From Lytechinus pictus (taxonomy: Eukaryota): DNA of 64,000 nucleotides. The first letter of the stretch is position 1. Each line of letters opens with the position of its first letter. The notes beneath the pieces were generated by a model. It ran no database searches, was not told the origin of the DNA, and saw only the letters and a program-made list of their open reading frames with translations. The stretch spans positions 16,928,001-16,992,000 of the forward strand of contig NC_087252.1 of the NCBI RefSeq assembly GCF_037042905.1, in the 5' to 3' direction. The translations under genes were made by a program, and so were the position numbers. This document shows positions 60,042 to 64,000 of the stretch, one piece after another.

Positions 60042-61106
60042 CTAATCATCAGTCTTAATGATAACATTACTCGCCTCCCCTTCCCATAACTCACCCTTCC
60101 CGTGTGCCACAGCCAGTTTGCCCTTTTTGTTCTTCGCTACAAAAATCATATCTCTATAGTACACCTTCTGGAAATGTGCTATGGATGTGTTGCCTTTATA
60201 CACTGTCAACTGAAAGTCATCGCGTTGACCTTGGCCTGCTGATATGTTAAACTCCTTATGGTCGTTTCTCCTATATTCGTTCCAATAAGATTTAAAGTAA
60301 ACCGTATCCCTTTTGTTATATGTACTAAAGCAAACCTCCCGGTCTATTTGACCAATTTTCAGATAGGCCCAATTGTCATCGGGCCCCCCTACGATGCCCA
60401 ACCCGCTTGCAATTGAAGCGTCAATCACCTTACCTATTCCCCATCCAGCTACACCTACAACGGCGCCCACTGCTGCACCTGGTGGACCCCCTATCACGGC
60501 CCCGGCAGCAGCTCCCCCGGCCACTGCCCCGCCTACAGCAATTGAGTTCTTGGCATGGTGGTTCTCAATTCCCATTTGCCCAGTTACATGCTCGGCGACA
60601 GCTTGCCCCACCGCAGCGGAGAGACCAGGTACCAACATTGCCATCTTGCCAGCGTTAGCAAGAAACTGTGGTGCAGCTCCTTCAACTGCTGCCTGAACCC
60701 CTGCTTCTGCTCCTCTGGCGCCAAACTGAGCAGCAGCCAAGCGAATAGACTCATCAGCAACCACGACCGCCATACGACGACCAAACTGGTCTGCGCCACC
60801 CCGAACAGTGGCGTTCAGAACCTGCCGGGCCACAAGGCTTTGTGCTTGCTTCTTAATGAACTCAGCGGCAGCAACTGGTCCCATCTTCTTCAGACCTTCT
60901 TCACAGTTCTTCACAATCTCGTGTCCAATTGCTTCAAGTGCCTCTTTATTTTTGTTGAGAAGTTCGACCGCTTTCTTCCGGGCCGCTTCTCTCTGGGGGT
61001 GAGCGAAGTGTCCGAACTTGGCTAGGTAGATCTCTTCGAATTCTGCCACTCGCTTATCAAAGCTCATGTCAAAGATGTCATTTTCTAGAAAGAACTGCGA
61101 AGCCAT
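60042..61106 (-). CDS. Glycine-zipper-containing protein, 354 aa, function unknown (intronless CDS)
   Basis: Long ORF with GC-richer coding composition. It has a helical N-terminus, a hydrophobic GxxxG repeat segment (GGAVAGGAAAGAVIGGPPGAAVGAVVGVAGWGIG) and an aromatic-rich C-terminal domain. A splice acceptor (TTTCTTTACTTCTCTCCAG) at 61159-61160 lies ~52 nt upstream of the ATG, implying a 5'UTR intron. A conserved paralog is present in the window. Confidence 0.85.
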   Translation of the reverse strand: MASQFFLENDIFDMSFDKRVAEFEEIYLAKFGHFAHPQREAARKKAVELLNKNKEALEAIGHEIVKNCEEGLKKMGPVAAAEFIKKQAQSLVARQVLNATVRGGADQFGRRMAVVVADESIRLAAAQFGARGAEAGVQAAVEGAAPQFLANAGKMAMLVPGLSAAVGQAVAEHVTGQMGIENHHAKNSIAVGGAVAGGAAAGAVIGGPPGAAVGAVVGVAGWGIGKVIDASIASGLGIVGGPDDNWAYLKIGQIDREVCFSTYNKRDTVYFKSYWNEYRRNDHKEFNISAGQGQRDDFQLTVYKGNTSIAHFQKVYYRDMIFVAKNKKGKLAVAHGKGELWEGEASNVIIKTDD

Positions 61107-62044
61107 TCTATTTCATCAACTTCCGTACTCTTGGTGGTCAAATGTATTTTCCAAAGGTCTGGAGAGAAGTAAAGAAAGCATTAGAACGATTGTATCATTT
61201 GTAAATGGCCTGAAAAATGGCCAAAGACGAATGAGAAGAGCATACTCCTGAATGTTTGGATAAAGCAAATTTAAGCAGTAGTGAACCATTGTGTGTATAC
61301 AACGACTCGTCCCTCTAAGCCTTTGTCAGACCAGATGGATCTTCGTTTAAATGCAACTCTAAAAAAAAAATCAAGCGCAAATTCCTAATACGGGCAATTC
61401 ATTGGTAAAAAAATAAAGTTGATTTTGATCGATAATCTTTCTGCAAAGGGCTAAAGAACACTTCAAATTCAAATTCAAGCCTGTAACTCCAAATCGACGT
61501 GACCTCACCTTGCTTTTATGATGTCTATAAGGCTCCCCCTGTCATAAGTCAGATCCATGTCTTGCGCGCGGGAATTCTACGAGCGGCCCTCAAATCAAAG
61601 TCTTGCACTTTGTCATAGTATACACAAAACTTTGGGGAATGCACGAAAACCGCTATATAAAGACGCATAGCGCCTTTGGCAGGGTTTCTGCGTGAAGTCG
61701 TGACACAGACTGTTGATAAGGCGCCTGATATAGCAAATGTGCTTACCATTTGCATCTTGAAATTAATAACACCTGGCGCTTTGTTAAAAGAAATCGAAGT
61801 TCTTTCGATTGAAAAAATACATTTATATTGAAAAATTCACGTTCGCCTATTTTTTGCAGATTGATATATGTCTTACCGAGTGTTACTGAAGTGGTTGATG
61901 AAAGACATGGGTTCTCAATTAGCAGTTCCCGAGCCACTTTCTATAAGGTCTTGCGAATTAGCACATATGAATCGTGATGAATGTGTATATTATGTTATTC
62001 AATTCGATAATAAATTTTTTTCACCGAGCAAAATAGTCCATATA

Positions 62045-63019
62045 CAGTGCGTATCAAAAAAAGTTTACACTTAGAAAAAATCCTGTAAAATTGTATATTT
62101 GTAATATCCTGAGGATTTTTCCACATTTTAAAATTGGTACAGATCCATTTTAGCAAATGATGATATAGTTGTCGAAAAATATTTCCGCTTGAGTGAGCAA
62201 CACTTACTTTTGAAAAGTTAGTGAAAAATGATTTGCGCAGAACCTTGAAATATTTATGCGAATAAAAGTAGATCTTAATCATGAAGAACACGTGGAATTT
62301 AGCTAGTAAAATTGATTTGAAGATATCTTTTACCTTTTTTAACTTGTTTCCTTGCCCAAAACACTTTGAAGAATGCATTGCGCCCCACCCCACTCCCCTA
62401 CACACCGAGGCCATCGTGACGATATTTGCTTTACACTGAGCTGTGATTTACATGAAATGGCTTAGGCTTGATTTTTATTTTGTTAATCATTGTGAAGCTT
62501 AAGAAAAGTGTGGAGAAACAAGTATTACATGAAAAATGAAATGTAAACCCACTTTAAATGATAAAAACTTAGTGAAGATGTCTGATTTAACTTTTGTTCA
62601 GATTCAGTTATGTTCTCAGATCCAGCTGGCACAAAAAGGGTAAAGGTTGTGCTGACTAAGTGCTGACATTTCAATTTGGGTGGCAAAATTGTTACAAAAT
62701 GCTTGAATGTATCCGTTTATTTCAATTGACTCAAAGTGCAAGGGAAATGTATGAGAAAGGTATCGCAGGGTAAGTTTCATTTCGCCCTTTCCCCTTGACA
62801 CAGCGTGAAAACGAGCATTTCTGCGCGAACAGATTTCTGCGAGCTTTACAAAAATGGACAGTGCTCACTCAAGTGTAACATTCTGTCATAACTTTTACTT
62901 TCATTGGATAGATGAGACCCAAACCCAAGAATATATGTGACAAAAATTACCCACATGTTGTATACATTTTTTAATTCCCAGGGCTTTTTCAAAGTGTAAA
63001 CTTTTTTTGATACGCACTG
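62045..63019. mobile_element. Tc1/mariner-like MITE (975 bp)
   Basis: 28-bp TIR CAGTGCGTATCAAAAAAAGTTTACACTT with a TA TSD. Confidence 0.92.
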
Positions 63020-63860
63020 TATAAGATATTGTGGGTGGGTGGGTGGAGGGGGGGGGGTAAGTTGTACCATCTCATTGCAAGGCCCCTGGACTCCATGCCG
63101 TGAGGGTTTTTTCGCTTTGCTCGCTATATGTTATATTACTTTCTCAAGCTATTGTATGTGATTTCTTCGTCGACTAGTCTGGTTACAAGGTTATAGACCC
63201 AGTGCAATGTATTAGGATTAAGATAGACCTACTTTATAAACAGTCACAATCTCTCATTTTCGGTATCCTCTATCTATCCCATCTCCACCCCCTCCCTCTG
63301 TTAAGCCATTATTTAACAGGATATTGGTTGGCCTATTTACACAACAATAAACCTATTAATCACGCATTCCTGTACAGTGTCAAGTAAACAAAATCAAGTT
63401 CATAGGAAAGGGAAAATGAAACTAATATTTTTTTTTTTTTTCACCATGATAACATGTATAAGGCGCCATCTACTGTGCACCGACGCGATGTATAAGGCGC
63501 CATCTACTGTGCTCCGACGCGAGGCGTCGACGAAAGAATTGGCACGTCATGCACGTAGGCCTATTGTAACCAGCAAGTTGGCTGAGACACATCGCAATTA
63601 TATTAATATCATCTGCCATTTCTCAGATCAAATTCACCAACCATGCCAACAAAAGGCTGATTTGAATGAATGTAGAAAGGCCAGTAGCTGAAAATGTCAT
63701 CAACATTGGATGCAAATTGAGATCCTAATGTCGATTCCAATTTTCACTTATTCCCATGTACTAAATGGGCGACGTGTGAAACAAATCACACCACACTCTC
63801 ACTATTACGTTCATTAAGCCATTTCATCCAATTCTCAAACAATAAAATCTTGGTTTTATT

Positions 63861-64000
63861 CACTGGCGTACCTAGGATTTTCCAGAAGGGGGGCAATTTT
63901 TTGGGAGGATATTTCGTCCGTCTTCAACAAAAAAAAAAAGGATTCCTTACCAGAAAAAAATTTGACAAGCAAAAAAAAAAAAAAAGTCCTCAGGTTCAAA
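63861..64000. mobile_element. Left end of a hAT-like element running off the window
   Basis: CACTGGCGTACC terminus. AAAATTTGACAAGCAAAAAA is shared with the fragment at ~895-1170. Confidence 0.5.

Overview
AT-rich eukaryotic (animal) genomic DNA, dense with repeats. The repeat types resemble those of sea urchins/echinoderms, but this is inferred and not proven. Most ORF-track entries are spurious. The main feature is a ~14-kb CMC/EnSpm (CACTA-type) DNA transposon on the minus strand (~31922-45999). It carries an uninterrupted ~836-aa zinc-finger DDE transposase and a second gene that I assembled by hand into 7 GT-AG exons (498 aa, open frame). That second gene starts with a complete CIDE-N-like domain, the CAD/ICAD/CIDE interaction module, split by an intron, and ends in a YYVFNLEYP-type C-terminal domain. 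The right terminus (CACTGTAAAAA on the minus strand) is intact; the left terminus has been deleted. The window also has a gene with an intronless CDS for a 354-aa glycine-zipper protein (60042-61106, minus) and an inverted, broken paralog (47853-50564) split by a Harbinger-like insertion. The rest is nested non-autonomous DNA transposons (hAT, Harbinger, Tc1/mariner, MuDR/foldback-like, Kolobok-like, Helentron-like), L2/CR1 fragments, a tRNA-derived SINE, satellites and microsatellites.
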